This document shows positions 1 through 9,807 of a stretch of DNA of 24,194 bases, in pieces. The DNA comes from a virus (lineage: Duplodnaviria > Caudoviricetes). Location of the stretch: IMG/VR virus record IMGVR_UViG_3300020220_000326, positions 1 through 24,194 of that record; one strand, 5' to 3'. The translations under genes and the position numbers were made by a program. Each line of letters opens with the position of its first letter. Within the stretch, counting starts at the first letter, position 1. Under the pieces are notes generated by a model that did not search any database, was not told the DNA's origin, and saw only the letters and a list, made by a program, of their open reading frames with translations.

Positions 1-1
1 C

Positions 2-445
2 GAAATTATTGCAGATAAATTGTATGGAAGTGTGGACTATTATTGGGTGGTGACTCTCTTCAACAATATTATAGACCCCATTATTGACTGGCCAAAAACT
101 TATCAAAATTTTCAATCATATATTATCAATCAATATGGATCGATAGCAGCAGCCAAAAATCAAATTCATCATTACACAAAAACGATATCAAAGGTGAACA
201 GTGTGGGTAATTCAACATCAGCGACTTATATTATTGATCTGACTACCTATAATTCGTTGTCCTCAGTTGTGCCCCAATCTTTTGCATTCTCTAATGGATC
301 TACTGTTACTGTTACAACCACTCGCGCAAGCGTATCGAGTTATGCTTACGAAGAAACACTGAATGAGAGCAAACGCAACATTCGACTTTTAAAACCTGAC
401 TATCTTTCATTAGCTAAGACAGAACTTGCAAACCTTTCCATATAG
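2..445 (+). CDS. gp53: Baseplate wedge subunit gp53-like (5'-partial)
   Basis: Frame is open from the window edge (EIIADKLYGSVDYYWVVTLFNNIIDPIIDWP); later IHHY and YAYEETLNESKRNIRLLKPDYL match gp53 motifs. The listed start at 20 is an internal TTG. Confidence 0.9.
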   Translation, partial: EIIADKLYGSVDYYWVVTLFNNIIDPIIDWPKTYQNFQSYIINQYGSIAAAKNQIHHYTKTISKVNSVGNSTSATYIIDLTTYNSLSSVVPQSFAFSNGSTVTVTTTRASVSSYAYEETLNESKRNIRLLKPDYLSLAKTELANLSI

Positions 446-451
446 TATATT

Positions 452-1816
452 ATGGCGCAACCTCCAGAAGAAGGCGTTCAATTAGCGACTGATTATCGTC
501 TCGTTGCGGCAAGTATTATTAGTAGTACTGGCGCTGTGATAGATGTTCGATTGATTTTGGATGAAATTAATATTTATGAAGACATATTGAGCCCGGTAAT
601 TACTGGCAATATTATTTTACATGATTCGAATGATTTAATTAATAAATCGCCTATCACAGGATTTGAATATTTCAGTGTGGAATTTGAAAAACCATCAAGT
701 TCTCAAAAATATTCAAAAATCTTTCGCATTTATAAATTAACAGATAGAAAGCGTATCAACGCACAGAATGAAATGTTTGTTCTTCATTTTTGCTCTGAAG
801 AATTACTTATTAATGAATTGAGTCGCGTATCAAAAACGTATCAGAGTAAAACCATTGATAGTATTGTTCGTGATATTGCTCGTAATTATTTAAAAATTGA
901 TTCAAAAAAAATTCCAACATCTCAAATACATCCAACAGTAGGCACTCATTCTATTGTTATTCCAAATTGGAATCCATTTTTTGCGATTAATTGGTTGAGC
1001 CGAATGGCAATACATTCTATCTATTCGAGTCCATCTTATGTTTTTTTTGAAGATCGTGATGGATTTCATTTTACGCCACTGGAACTCTTGAGCCAGGGAA
1101 CACCTATTAGAGATGTATTAGTATCACCGAGAAATTTAGGATTTGAAACAGATAAATCAGAACCTGATCTAGAGACTTCTGGAAAAACGTTGTATGAATG
1201 GGAAATGCCATGCGGATTTGACATTATTCAAAATATTTCTTCTGGAATGTATTCCGGATCTGTGATTACAATTGATCCTGTTCGTCAGCGAATAGGATCC
1301 ATGAATCTCAGTTCGTCGGAAATGTTCAAGAAAACCAAACATCTAAATGATAAAAATATGACTAGTAATCTTATGACGAGACGTGGCACAACTCTTGAAG
1401 GTGAATTTAATTCTCTTTTGAGAATGTATCCAACGACCTTGGGACATGATAACTTGAAATATGGAGGTCTCAGTGGAGTGGCGCTTCCAAATAAAGTTGA
1501 ACAGTGGCTTATTCAACGTAATATGTATTTGTCGTTGCTTCATTCTTCTCGCGTTAATATTTCTATGCCTGGCGATACAGAGTTTCGTGTAGGACAAGTT
1601 TTAAACGCAAAATTTCCATCGCTTATCATGCCTGATAAAACAGAAAAGCCACTTGATAAATTGTATAGTGGTAAATACTTTATCGCCGCTCTTCGTCATT
1701 CGCTTAATCGTCAAAGTCATATGTGTTATTTGGAATTGGCAAAGGAATCAACTGCAGTTTCTTATCCACAGACACTTAATACTTCTCAACTAATTAAAGC
1801 TGCAATAAGTATCTAA
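452..1816 (+). CDS. Probable baseplate hub protein (gp27-like)
   Basis: INIYEDI...ITGNIILHDS, FFEDRDGFHF, C-terminal PGD..FRVGQV...LYSGKYFIAALRH typical of hub proteins; TAATG-coupled to gp5. Confidence 0.7.
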   Translation: MAQPPEEGVQLATDYRLVAASIISSTGAVIDVRLILDEINIYEDILSPVITGNIILHDSNDLINKSPITGFEYFSVEFEKPSSSQKYSKIFRIYKLTDRKRINAQNEMFVLHFCSEELLINELSRVSKTYQSKTIDSIVRDIARNYLKIDSKKIPTSQIHPTVGTHSIVIPNWNPFFAINWLSRMAIHSIYSSPSYVFFEDRDGFHFTPLELLSQGTPIRDVLVSPRNLGFETDKSEPDLETSGKTLYEWEMPCGFDIIQNISSGMYSGSVITIDPVRQRIGSMNLSSSEMFKKTKHLNDKNMTSNLMTRRGTTLEGEFNSLLRMYPTTLGHDNLKYGGLSGVALPNKVEQWLIQRNMYLSLLHSSRVNISMPGDTEFRVGQVLNAKFPSLIMPDKTEKPLDKLYSGKYFIAALRHSLNRQSHMCYLELAKESTAVSYPQTLNTSQLIKAAISI

Positions 1817-3711
1817 TGTTACAAGAATCAAATTACATGGGATATGATGGGTTTGTGTGGTGGGTTGGAGTGGTAGAGGATCGTTTTGATCCACTCAAAC
1901 TGGGTCGGTGTCGTGTTCGCATTGCTGGTGCGCACACAGCGGACAAGTCTTTGATTCCTACAGTTGAATTGCCTTGGGCGCATCCATTGATGCCACTCAC
2001 TGATTCATCTATGTTAATGTTTAAAGAGGGCGACTATGTGATGGGTTTTTATTTAGATGGACCTAACGCTCAACATCCTGTGATGATGGGAATTTTGCCT
2101 GGCATTCCTGATCGATTATTAGATAAGACTGTGGGGTTTTCAGATCCACGAACTGATTCTGAATTAAAAGAATCTCCAAGGCCACCTCAAAAATTACAAT
2201 CTACTTCGGGTGTGGGAGTCAAAATTATCGAATTTCCCAACGCTCAACGATACCCAAATGTAATCAATGAACCAACAATCAGTCGTGTGGCTAGAAATGA
2301 GCAGATTAAAGAGACTATCGTTCAAGCTAAAAAAGACTCTGTGGTCAAAAATGCACCAACAACCTATGTGCGAACATTCGATGAACCTCCAACTCCTTAT
2401 TATGCCAAATATCCTTATAATAAGGTAATTGAAACGGAATCGGGGCATTTATTTGAATATGATGATACTCCAGGAGCAGAGAGGATTCATTTCTATCACC
2501 GATCTGGAAGTTTTATCGAAATGCACAACGATGGCACAGTAGTGGTGAAAACAAGCGGAGCTGGTTATGAGTTCGTATTAGCCGATAAGCAAATTTACGT
2601 GGCAGGTGATTGCAATATTACATCATCTAAAAACATCAATATTAAAGCTGCCAAAGATATTGTGATGGAAGCAAATACTATTATTATGACTGCCAACAAT
2701 TCTGTGAAAACATATGCTGGACAAAATATATCTGGAGTAGCAGGAAATAATATTGATTTGGGCGCTCTCTCTTCCTTTATCACGTCAGGAAACTCTTCTG
2801 TTACATTGTTTAGCGCAGGGACCGTCACCATACAGGGTGCGACTACACAAATTAATCCTGGCATAATCATGATTGATCCATTGTTGCCAAGTTTGTTGAA
2901 ACCACCCCAAGATGTACTCGATGCATTGACAGACGAATCAGAGCAAAAATTAATTGCACTAGAAGGATCAGAAGCACCAATCGATGGGGGCGCAAATGCG
3001 AATAACGCAGCAAGCTTAAATTCGCCAATAAATACTCCTCCGATAGCAGCACTTCCAAAAGATTCTACTATTGATACTCGTCCTTTACCAGACGCGATTA
3101 CTCCAAAAACAATATGTGAAGGTGTTTCGTTGTCTGGAGGAAGTATCAATTATGAATTACAGTTATCATCACACTTTAAACTTAAACATTTAACCAACGC
3201 AACAATTTTTCAACATCAGATTCCTTTGGGAGGACAGTATGGTAAAACTGCTGAAGAGATTATTTGTAATTTAAAAGCGTTGGCTGAAAATATTCTAGAG
3301 CCGTTGCTGAAACAATATCCAGGATTTCGAATCAATTCTGCATTTAGATCAGAGCAGTCTGCTGGGGGTAAATCACAACATCCTATGGGGCAAGCAGCAG
3401 ATATTCAATGGCCAGGGCAGTCTACTAAACAATTGTATGAAAAGGCTAAATGGATAAAGGATAATCTTCCTTATGATCAATTGATTTTCGAATATGGAGA
3501 ATCAGCATGGATTCATATAAGTTTTAATCGTAAAGGTAATCGCGCTTCGTCAGCTCCTAATAAAGTTTGTTCATATCATCCTCAGGGGTGGCCAATAGTT
3601 GCTGGACAACCAACACCTATAACACCTGGTGGATTGTATACGAAAAATTTGGTATTATTGGCGAATAGGGAGAAGGATACGCCTGGTCCTGGCGGCATTA
3701 TCTTTACATAA
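1816..3711 (+). CDS. gp5: Baseplate central spike gp5 (OB-fold + beta-helix) with C-terminal peptidase M15 domain
   Basis: WWVGVVEDRFDPLKLGRCRVRI (Gp5 OB-fold), ETESGHLFEYDDTPGAERIHFYHRSG, beta-helix repeats ending GATTQIN, then SAFRS..SQHPMGQAADI..YDQLIFE..WIHISF (M15 H-x6-D/H Zn motif). Confidence 0.92.
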   Translation: MLQESNYMGYDGFVWWVGVVEDRFDPLKLGRCRVRIAGAHTADKSLIPTVELPWAHPLMPLTDSSMLMFKEGDYVMGFYLDGPNAQHPVMMGILPGIPDRLLDKTVGFSDPRTDSELKESPRPPQKLQSTSGVGVKIIEFPNAQRYPNVINEPTISRVARNEQIKETIVQAKKDSVVKNAPTTYVRTFDEPPTPYYAKYPYNKVIETESGHLFEYDDTPGAERIHFYHRSGSFIEMHNDGTVVVKTSGAGYEFVLADKQIYVAGDCNITSSKNINIKAAKDIVMEANTIIMTANNSVKTYAGQNISGVAGNNIDLGALSSFITSGNSSVTLFSAGTVTIQGATTQINPGIIMIDPLLPSLLKPPQDVLDALTDESEQKLIALEGSEAPIDGGANANNAASLNSPINTPPIAALPKDSTIDTRPLPDAITPKTICEGVSLSGGSINYELQLSSHFKLKHLTNATIFQHQIPLGGQYGKTAEEIICNLKALAENILEPLLKQYPGFRINSAFRSEQSAGGKSQHPMGQAADIQWPGQSTKQLYEKAKWIKDNLPYDQLIFEYGESAWIHISFNRKGNRASSAPNKVCSYHPQGWPIVAGQPTPITPGGLYTKNLVLLANREKDTPGPGGIIFT

Positions 3712-3714
3712 TCT

Positions 3715-3996
3715 ATGGGATCTGCTGCACGATTAGGGGATATGTGTACGGGGCATGATTGTTTTCCACCAAGACCATCAATTTCAGCTTCGCCAGACAC
3801 GTTTATTGATGGTATTCCTGCGTTGCGAGTGGGTGATAAATATGAAGAACATTGTTGTGTCACCTGTCATGAAGGAATCGTTATTGGGGGTTCTAGCACA
3901 ACTTTTATCAACGGTATGCCAGCAGCACGGGTTGGTGATCCCATAGATTGTGAGTCTTTCATTGCTGAGGGGTCAAATAGCACGTTTATAGGATAA
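3715..3996 (+). CDS. PAAR spike-tip protein (gp5.4-like)
   Basis: SAARLGD, PALRVGD and PAARVGD motifs, His/Cys metal ligands, directly after gp5. Confidence 0.95.
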   Translation: MGSAARLGDMCTGHDCFPPRPSISASPDTFIDGIPALRVGDKYEEHCCVTCHEGIVIGGSSTTFINGMPAARVGDPIDCESFIAEGSNSTFIG

Positions 3997-3997
3997 T

Positions 3998-4804
3998 ATG
4001 CCATTTGGTATTCCTACTGATATTCCTGTTATTCCAGGCTTGAGTGGTGTCGTTGGTGCTGCTACCTCAGGTGTCACTGATGGAGCAAAAGCTGCTATTA
4101 CGGAGTTAACATCAAGTGCTCGATCAGCGTTGTTTTCAAATCCGATGGTTGGGGCTATTGGTGGCGTCTCTAATTCAATCACCACACTTCAGAGCAAATT
4201 GACACAAATCGCATCAGGTAGTATAACTGGTGGTTCTATTTCGAGTGGGGATGCAGCAACCTTTTTATCTGGTACAGGATTCAGCGATCTTAGTGCTAGT
4301 TTATCAGCTCTCACATTACACACGAATCGTCTTTCGGGTGTTTTGCAAGGCACCGGAATAACTGTCCCTGGGCTTGAACAAATAGCCACTATTGGTAAAA
4401 TGATGAATGATATGTCGAATTTTATAGATGGGTCAAAAGGTTGTTTGAATATTATCGGTGCAACGACGGGATTATTTTCGCAAAATCAATTGAATGGAAT
4501 CGCAGGATCAATTAATTCTGTGATTACTCGTGTAAACAACGGGATAGTCGCAATTTCTGAAATTACCGATCTGGTAGTTAATTTGAAAAATCAAATTTCT
4601 GCTATTGTTAGCAAAGATACTAATTTTTTGAGTCAATGCGTGGCGCAACTCAAAAACGCAGCATTTGGATTTGCTTTAAACTCTGCGATGCGTGATCCTT
4701 GTGCTAAGTTCATTTTAGAACAAGTTGGAGTGCCTAGCTTTTTACAAAAATTACAGGTGCCACCCTTGCCTTCTATTAGTGTGCCTCGTGTTCGTGGATT
4801 GTAA
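3998..4804 (+). CDS. Hypothetical Gly/Ser/Ala-rich, probably helical protein
   Basis: 268-aa ORF filling the gap between PAAR and gp25; no motif recognised. Confidence 0.75.
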   Translation: MPFGIPTDIPVIPGLSGVVGAATSGVTDGAKAAITELTSSARSALFSNPMVGAIGGVSNSITTLQSKLTQIASGSITGGSISSGDAATFLSGTGFSDLSASLSALTLHTNRLSGVLQGTGITVPGLEQIATIGKMMNDMSNFIDGSKGCLNIIGATTGLFSQNQLNGIAGSINSVITRVNNGIVAISEITDLVVNLKNQISAIVSKDTNFLSQCVAQLKNAAFGFALNSAMRDPCAKFILEQVGVPSFLQKLQVPPLPSISVPRVRGL

Positions 4805-4810
4805 TAAATA
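4803..4810 (+). promoter_or_regulatory. Possible T4-type late promoter variant (AATAAATA)
   Basis: NATAAATA element 5 nt before the gp25 ATG; one mismatch to TATAAATA. Confidence 0.5.
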
Positions 4811-4815
4811 CTAAT

Positions 4816-5196
4816 ATGTCTATCTATAAAGATCTGGATCTCAATTTTAGCATTCATCCCATCAAGAAGGATGTGACAACCCTACAAGATGGTAATGCTA
4901 TTGTGCGATCTGTTTACAATTTGATCATGACAAATCATTATGAGCGCCCATTTCGTCCTGAGTTGGGATCCAATATTCGGCAGATGCTCTTTGAGAATGT
5001 CGATGAGTCAACTGCTCATTCTCTCAAACGATTTATTGAGGAGACTATTAAAAACTTTGAACCTCGTGCTACCATTCGGCGTGTGGATGTGCTTCCTAAA
5101 GAAGATCTCAATGCGTATGAAGTGCGACTTGAGTTTTTTATCGACATTCAACCCACACCTTTCACCACATCCTTTTTGCTTGAACGAATACGATAG
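4816..5196 (+). CDS. gp25: Baseplate wedge subunit gp25
   Basis: YKDLDLNF..HP, ERPFRPELGSNIRQMLFE, IKNFEPRA. Confidence 0.95.
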   Translation: MSIYKDLDLNFSIHPIKKDVTTLQDGNAIVRSVYNLIMTNHYERPFRPELGSNIRQMLFENVDESTAHSLKRFIEETIKNFEPRATIRRVDVLPKEDLNAYEVRLEFFIDIQPTPFTTSFLLERIR

Positions 5197-5206
5197 TTGA
5201 GGAATT

Positions 5207-7240
5207 ATGCCAGAAAAACTACAAATTACTGAACTCGACTTTGAAGTTATCAAGACTAATCTCAAGGATTTTCTACGCAATCAGACGGCTTTTAAAGATT
5301 ATGATTTCGATGGATCTGGATTGTCGGTGTTAATCGATCTGTTAGCATACAACACACATTATAATGCGTATTATCTCAATATGGTCGCTAATGAAATGTT
5401 TCTGGATAGTGCGATTGTGCGTGATTCGGTTCTGTCGCATGCTAAGGCACTCAATTATACACCCACTTCAGCCCGGGCAGCAACCGCAAATGTTACAGTG
5501 GTTGTTGCGCCTCCTGTTGGAAACACTCAATCGGCATTGACACTTGAGCGATTTCAGTCGTTTCAATCAGAAGCGGTCGATGGTGTCAATTATACCTTTA
5601 TGACAACAAAAGCACAAACGGTATTGAAAGATAGTGACGTCTTTACTTTCTCTGGTGTAGAACTCAAACAGGGTACACCACAAGTGTATCAACAAACGTA
5701 TAATAATGTTACGAATCCCCGTCGTGAGTTTGTATTGCCGGATAGCACTATTGATACGACCACGCTACAGGTGCTTGTTCAGGAATCTAGCACCAACACT
5801 TCTACAAAAACGTTTACTCTTTCTACCGATGCGACGATTGCTAACTCCACCAGTCAAGTGTATTTTCTGGATACTTCAGTCAACAATCAATATAAAGTAC
5901 GATTTGGAGATGGAGTCATTGGCAAATCCTTGGCAAATGGTAATATTGTCATTAGTTCGTATCTGGCAACTGATGGTGATACAGCAAATCGCGCTAACAG
6001 TTTTTCCACAGGAACCATTTCAGGATTCTCTAACGTTGTAGTGTCATCGATTTCTTCTGCTGAAGGTGGTGCTGCTCAAGAAACTTTGACATCTATCAAG
6101 TATCGTGCGCCATTAGCGTACACTTCTCAGAATCGAATGGTGACGACTCTCGACTATGAAACCTTGATTCGCAATCGGTATCCTGCGTTTGAGAGTTTGT
6201 CTGTGTGGGGTGGTGAAACACAAAATCCTCCTGTCTATGGTAAAGTGTTTCTTTCTTACTTGTTGAAAACAGGTGTGACGATTAATGAAACAGAAAAAGC
6301 ACGAATTCTTCGGGAAATCATTATTCCCAACTCTGTCATTACGGTGACACCGCAGTTTATTGATCCTGATTTTATCTATTTGATTTTATCTGTAAATATT
6401 AAATATACCGCGAAAAGCACCATCCTCACGGCGGGAGAAATTGAAACTTTGGCTCGTACTGCGGTTCAAACGTATCTAGGTGATGATTTTAATAAGTTTG
6501 GTGGTGTGTTGGTTCCGTCTCGCTTAGAACGCGCAGTGGATGATATCTCAACAGCGGTGATTGGTAATAATACCACGATTCGTCTTCAAAAGCGAGTGGA
6601 ACCCCTATTGGATACTTTTAAGACGTATACGATTGACTTTGGATTTCCAATTCGTCGCGGGAGCGTGCTAGACACAGTAACTTCAACAGGATTTTCTGTG
6701 TATGATAATTCCAACGCTTTGCGGTTAGCATTTTTGGATGAGGAGCCCAATTCGTTTACGGGAGTGGATGAAATTGTGATCAATAACCCTGGATTTGGAT
6801 ACACTGAAACGCCAACGATTACTATTACTGGTGATGGCACCGGCGCAACAGCAAAAGCCATCCTTGTCAATGGGCAGATTACAAAAATAGAACTGTTGAC
6901 ACGCGGTGTGGGATATACTCGCGCGGTAATTCTTATCAAAGGAACTGGGTATGGCGCTGAAGCCACTGCTGTGATTGTTGCTCGCTTTGGAACTCTACGG
7001 ACATTCTATTATAATGAATTGGCACAAAAAGTTGTGATTAATGCTACCGCTGGCACCATTGATCATACTATTGGACAAATCATCCTAGACAATTTAAAAA
7101 TTTTAGAAGTGGATGCTGATGATGGATTACTACGTATTAATGCAGAAGTGGAACCTGAAATTTTGACTGCAAAGAGAAATCAGATTTTACGTTTGGATAC
7201 TACAGATCCAACAGCTTTGCAAATTACTGCTGTATCATAA
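5207..7240 (+). CDS. gp6: Baseplate wedge subunit gp6
   Basis: LDFEVIK..DYDFDGSGLSVLIDLLAYNTHY..NEMFLDSA, FGDGVIGK, QNRMVTTLDY, VWGGE..PPVYGKVF; GAGG SD upstream. Confidence 0.95.
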   Translation: MPEKLQITELDFEVIKTNLKDFLRNQTAFKDYDFDGSGLSVLIDLLAYNTHYNAYYLNMVANEMFLDSAIVRDSVLSHAKALNYTPTSARAATANVTVVVAPPVGNTQSALTLERFQSFQSEAVDGVNYTFMTTKAQTVLKDSDVFTFSGVELKQGTPQVYQQTYNNVTNPRREFVLPDSTIDTTTLQVLVQESSTNTSTKTFTLSTDATIANSTSQVYFLDTSVNNQYKVRFGDGVIGKSLANGNIVISSYLATDGDTANRANSFSTGTISGFSNVVVSSISSAEGGAAQETLTSIKYRAPLAYTSQNRMVTTLDYETLIRNRYPAFESLSVWGGETQNPPVYGKVFLSYLLKTGVTINETEKARILREIIIPNSVITVTPQFIDPDFIYLILSVNIKYTAKSTILTAGEIETLARTAVQTYLGDDFNKFGGVLVPSRLERAVDDISTAVIGNNTTIRLQKRVEPLLDTFKTYTIDFGFPIRRGSVLDTVTSTGFSVYDNSNALRLAFLDEEPNSFTGVDEIVINNPGFGYTETPTITITGDGTGATAKAILVNGQITKIELLTRGVGYTRAVILIKGTGYGAEATAVIVARFGTLRTFYYNELAQKVVINATAGTIDHTIGQIILDNLKILEVDADDGLLRINAEVEPEILTAKRNQILRLDTTDPTALQITAVS

Positions 7241-7243
7241 TCT

Positions 7244-9796
7244 ATGAGTCAAGAGGCTCTACTCTCCAGTCTTGTGCGGTCTCAGCTGCCTGAGTTTATT
7301 CGGGCAGACTATGAGACCTTTGTTGCGTTTATTGAAGCCTACTATGAATATTTGGAGCAGACGAAAAAGGCGACGGACTTTGGAAAGCATCTATTGCAAT
7401 ATGCTGATGTGGATCGAACGCTCAGTGACTTTGAAGAGTATTTTGTAAAAACGTTTTTACCGCTGATTCCTGCAGATTTGATAAACAACAAACCAGCCCT
7501 GATTAAGTCTGTTAAACAATTTTACGCTGCAAAGGGAACTGAAAAATCTTTCAAATTTTTCTTTCGTGCGTTATATAAGGAAGATGTTGATCTTTTTTAT
7601 CCTAAAGATTTTGTTCTCCGCACATCAGATGGCAAATATGTGCAACGTAATTCCTTACGATGCGCTAATGAGTATTTTACAACTGCGACTGGAAATGGAA
7701 CGACAAAAACATTTCGTCTTGTTGAAGTAATTGCGGCAGCAAGTGATCTCGCCGTCTATGTAAATGGTGTGCTACAAACTTCAGGATATACTATTTCACT
7801 CAATGAACCCTTTCTAACTTTTGCCACAGCTCCTACAGCGGGGCACGCGATAAAGTTCGTCTTCTTCTCTGATCAATTATTGAACGCAATCAATGCAGGT
7901 GGGGTTCTCTTAGATGTTACAGGTGTCACGAGTGGTGCTAAGGCATCGGTGGAACGGGCTAATAAGACTATTCTCGGAAACACGCGCAGCACTGAGTTGT
8001 TTATTACACCTATATCCAGCAAGACGTTTAGTCAAGGAGAATTAGTTACTGCGCAGTATTATTACACCAATAATGATTATTTCACCTTGACTTTTACTCT
8101 ATTATCATTGTTGGAATCTATTACGATCGTCAATGGAGGTGCCAGTTATAATGTCGGCGATTCAGTTTTAGTGACAGGTGGAAACCCAACAACTGCAGCG
8201 ACAGCGATTGTGGAAAAAGTTTATCTTGCAGTAATTACTAAGATTTTTGTGTTGAGCGGTGGTGCGGGATTTCGTGTGGGTGATCTTATCCATGTTATCT
8301 CTACTCCCAATACTGGATTGAGCATGGCGATTCTGTCAAATAATGACAATGAATACTATCATGCTAACACACTCTCTATTAATAATGATGTGATTTCGTT
8401 GTATGCTAATGTTGCAATTAATGCGGCTAATTATGGATTTCCTGTAAGCGGGAACGAAAATCAAAATACTCGCGTGATTGATGCATTAAGTTCACAATCT
8501 ATTAGTGGATTGGGACCCATCACTAATGTACAAATTCTGTCTAGTACCACTCAGTTTGCATCGTTGCCTGTGTTAGATGCCGACTCTTCGGTATTTTCCT
8601 TTACCTCTACCAATGCGTCCTCAAATACAGCAAATGGTGTGCTGCGACTCGTTGATTTGGGTATTTTGGGGCGCATGAATGTGGTCAATGGTGGCAATGG
8701 CTATGTGCCTGGAGATGAGGTGGTCTTTACCAATCTTCCTATGTCCAATGTACAGGGATGGGGTGCTGCTGCTGAAGTCATTACAGTTCATCCAGCTAAC
8801 AACGGCATTTCTACAGTCAAGTTTCAACCTCCACGGATTAATGGTACGGTGAATGCGAATTCGTCGGGCGTGATCGTCACTGGTACTGGCACAAATTTCT
8901 TGGGTGAATTGGTGGTCGGTGATAGAATTGAACTCAATAATGAATCGCGTTATATTAACACCATCACTAGTAATACGTCTTTGACTGTCAATGTGGCATG
9001 GACGAAAACATCCACTAACAGAAAGTTGGGTGTGCATGATCTCTCATTTATTGGTGGAGAGCGATATTGTCAGGATTATTTGCCCACGGTAACGATTTCG
9101 TCCGCGAATGGAATTGCTAATGGAGCAAATATTATTGTTGAAGCTATTTACAGTGATGGCGAACAATTACTTGCTAATTCGTCATTAAATCCTGGGGCAA
9201 TTCAGTCGATTTTGATTACAAATAGCGGTGCAGGCTATACTAGTGTACCCCTGATCAATTTGACAGGAAAGGGTAATGGATTAGCCACTGCGATAGCAAA
9301 TTTATTCGTCTCTCGATTTGTGTATTCTGGTAAATTCATTACCACTGACAGTTTATTGAGTTCAGATCGGCGACTGCAAAATCGTGACTACTATCAAAAC
9401 TTCTCTTACGTGATTCAGTCACAAATCGATTTTCCTCGCTATAAACAAATTTTGTTAGATTTATTACATCCTGCCGGTATGCGGGTATTTGGTGAGTATA
9501 TGTTAGATGAACAGGTAATTGCTGTGGCTTCAACGACAGAACTTGATCAGCTGGTTTTAGAAACTACGCTAGGAGGAACTGTCAATGTGGGAGCTGCATC
9601 GCTTGCCGTAACAGGTACTGGGACTACCTTTAATGTCGCGCAGTCTCAAAATGTCTTGACTGCAGGTACGACTATTCAAGTGAATAATCAATTGCGGGTT
9701 GTTAATACTATTATAAATAATACGAGTTTGACCGTAACGAATTCCTTCACCTATACTTCAAACGCTCAAACGATGGTGGCGCTGAAAACGATATAA
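7244..9796 (+). CDS. Baseplate wedge protein, gp7-like
   Basis: QLPEFIRADY..F..FIEAYYEYLE, FYAAKGTEKSFKFFFRALY, and LQNRDYYQNFSYVI...LHPAGMRVFG; lies between gp6 and gp8. Confidence 0.8.
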   Translation: MSQEALLSSLVRSQLPEFIRADYETFVAFIEAYYEYLEQTKKATDFGKHLLQYADVDRTLSDFEEYFVKTFLPLIPADLINNKPALIKSVKQFYAAKGTEKSFKFFFRALYKEDVDLFYPKDFVLRTSDGKYVQRNSLRCANEYFTTATGNGTTKTFRLVEVIAAASDLAVYVNGVLQTSGYTISLNEPFLTFATAPTAGHAIKFVFFSDQLLNAINAGGVLLDVTGVTSGAKASVERANKTILGNTRSTELFITPISSKTFSQGELVTAQYYYTNNDYFTLTFTLLSLLESITIVNGGASYNVGDSVLVTGGNPTTAATAIVEKVYLAVITKIFVLSGGAGFRVGDLIHVISTPNTGLSMAILSNNDNEYYHANTLSINNDVISLYANVAINAANYGFPVSGNENQNTRVIDALSSQSISGLGPITNVQILSSTTQFASLPVLDADSSVFSFTSTNASSNTANGVLRLVDLGILGRMNVVNGGNGYVPGDEVVFTNLPMSNVQGWGAAAEVITVHPANNGISTVKFQPPRINGTVNANSSGVIVTGTGTNFLGELVVGDRIELNNESRYINTITSNTSLTVNVAWTKTSTNRKLGVHDLSFIGGERYCQDYLPTVTISSANGIANGANIIVEAIYSDGEQLLANSSLNPGAIQSILITNSGAGYTSVPLINLTGKGNGLATAIANLFVSRFVYSGKFITTDSLLSSDRRLQNRDYYQNFSYVIQSQIDFPRYKQILLDLLHPAGMRVFGEYMLDEQVIAVASTTELDQLVLETTLGGTVNVGAASLAVTGTGTTFNVAQSQNVLTAGTTIQVNNQLRVVNTIINNTSLTVTNSFTYTSNAQTMVALKTI

Positions 9797-9807
9797 CTGA
9801 GTAAACG

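Noticed and set aside
1795-1820. Programmed frameshift fusing hub and gp5 into a VgrG-like protein
   Set aside because: No slippery heptamer at the TAATG junction; ordinary translational coupling explains it.
2595-3149. 184-aa antisense ORF in gp5, and the other minus-strand ORFs in the track
   Set aside because: They lie opposite well-supported plus-strand genes and show no recognisable domains.
3715-3996. Cys-rich PAAR (6 Cys) as a novelty
   Set aside because: Cys/His-rich loops are common in phage PAAR proteins.
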